Positions 63,373-64,000 of a stretch of DNA of 64,000 bases are shown piece after piece. Position 1 is the first letter of the stretch. Every line of letters begins with the position of its first letter. Below the pieces are notes generated by a model, which worked only from the letters and a program-made list of their open reading frames with translations, was not told the DNA's origin and did not search any database. The stretch comes from an uncultured Actinomycetota bacterium. GTDB taxonomy: Bacteria; Actinomycetota; Actinomycetes; CAWDCV01. The stretch lies in contig CAWDCV010000003.1 of assembly GCA_963801015.1 (NCBI GenBank), positions 266,886 through 330,885 on the forward strand, read 5' to 3'. The position numbers were made by a program, and so were the translations under genes.

Positions 63373-64000
63373 GTGCGCATCGAGCCACCGCCGAGCCGCT
63401 GGCTCTTCCCACCGCCGAGCGCAGCCGACGCGGAGGGGATCGTCGCCCTGGGCGCGGATCTGCTACCCGGAACGCTGCTGGCCGCCTACCGCACCGGCCT
63501 GTTCCCGATGCCGATCGGGCGGCGGTACCCGACGGCCTGGTGGTCACCGGATCCGCGGGGGATCTTGCCGCTGGAGTCGCTGCGCATCAGCCGGTCGCTG
63601 CGAGCATCGACGCGCCGATTCGAGATGACCGTCGATGCCGCTTTTGCTCAAGTAGTGCTCGGCTGCAGCGACCCGGGTCGCCCGCACGGGTGGATCAGCC
63701 GCGACATCCGAGACGCCTACGTGATGCTGCACCGGCTCGGCTGGGCGCACAGCGTCGAGGCGTGGGCACCGGACGGGACGCTGGCCGGCGGCCTGTACGG
63801 CGTGGCCATCGGCGGACTGTTCGCCGGCGAGTCGATGTTCTCCGCCCAGCGCGATGCCTCGAAGGTGGCGCTGGTGCACCTGGTTGGCTTGCTCCTTGAA
63901 GATCGACGACCGCACCGGCTTCTGGACGTCCAGTGGGCGACGCCGCACATGCAATCGCTCGGCGCCCGTGCGATCCCGCGCGAGGAGTACCTGGGCCTGC
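63373..64000 (+). CDS. aat: leucyl/phenylalanyl-tRNA--protein transferase (3' end beyond window)
   Basis: My own translation from GTG 63373: ...AAYRTGLFPMPIGRRYPTAWWSPDPRGILPLESLRISRSLRAS...GWISRDIRDAYVMLHRLGWAHSVEAWAPDGTLAGGLYGVAIGGLFAGESMFS...ASKVALVHL. It is absent from the ORF track because it is open-ended. Confidence 0.85.
   Translation, partial: MRIEPPPSRWLFPPPSAADAEGIVALGADLLPGTLLAAYRTGLFPMPIGRRYPTAWWSPDPRGILPLESLRISRSLRASTRRFEMTVDAAFAQVVLGCSDPGRPHGWISRDIRDAYVMLHRLGWAHSVEAWAPDGTLAGGLYGVAIGGLFAGESMFSAQRDASKVALVHLVGLLLEDRRPHRLLDVQWATPHMQSLGARAIPREEYLGL

Noticed and set aside
62282-63547. N-terminal ~420-aa extension of the wHTH ATPase ORF (61316-63547)
   Set aside because: It is antisense to adoK and reads as Arg/Gly/Ala-rich junk. 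ATPase homology starts right after the AT-rich patch at about 62280.
1-64000. CRISPR arrays, tRNA/rRNA genes, intact IS elements or prophage genes
   Set aside because: No spaced direct-repeat arrays, tRNA-like cloverleaf segments, transposase/integrase ORFs or phage structural genes were seen. All gaps longer than 100 nt were read individually. A covariance-model scan (Infernal/tRNAscan) would be needed to exclude small RNAs.

Overview
Very GC-rich actinobacterial chromosome segment. From memory, the gene order follows the mycobacterial backbone glnA2-glnE-glnA1-Rv2219A/Rv2219-lipA-lipB-dlaT ... pepB-gcvT ... cobS-cobT ... glycerate kinase-hesB-adoK. I call about 60 protein-coding genes or gene remnants. 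I saw no rRNA, tRNA, CRISPR array or intact IS element. Accessory blocks interrupt the conserved backbone. (i) 3.2-10.9 kb holds a hydrolase, an MFS transporter, a MerR regulator with a textbook 19-bp-spacer promoter, an FAD/Fe-S oxidase, a decayed RelE/Phd toxin-antitoxin pair and a GNAT. (ii) 15.6-23.1 kb holds an MmpL, an S51 peptidase, an amine oxidase, a Ser/Thr kinase with a frame anomaly and a broken hydrolase. (iii) 26.6-39.0 kb holds a transporter-HEAT-cNMP-binding protein translationally coupled to a cyclase-STAND protein, a second MmpL, a LiaSR-like two-component system and a decayed DUF222/HNH element. (iv) A PspA-PspAA-HtpX-PspAB locus has its PspAB module fused in frame to an FGGY sugar kinase. 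(v) A two-gene ORC/Cdc6-like AAA+ ATPase cassette with its own AT-rich promoter/operator sits between erpA and adoK. I rate (v) as the best candidate for an undescribed system. At least five accessory genes are frameshifted or truncated, while every housekeeping gene is intact. All calls come from reading the supplied translations and the DNA; no database search or structure prediction was possible. Family names are recognised from motifs and memory.
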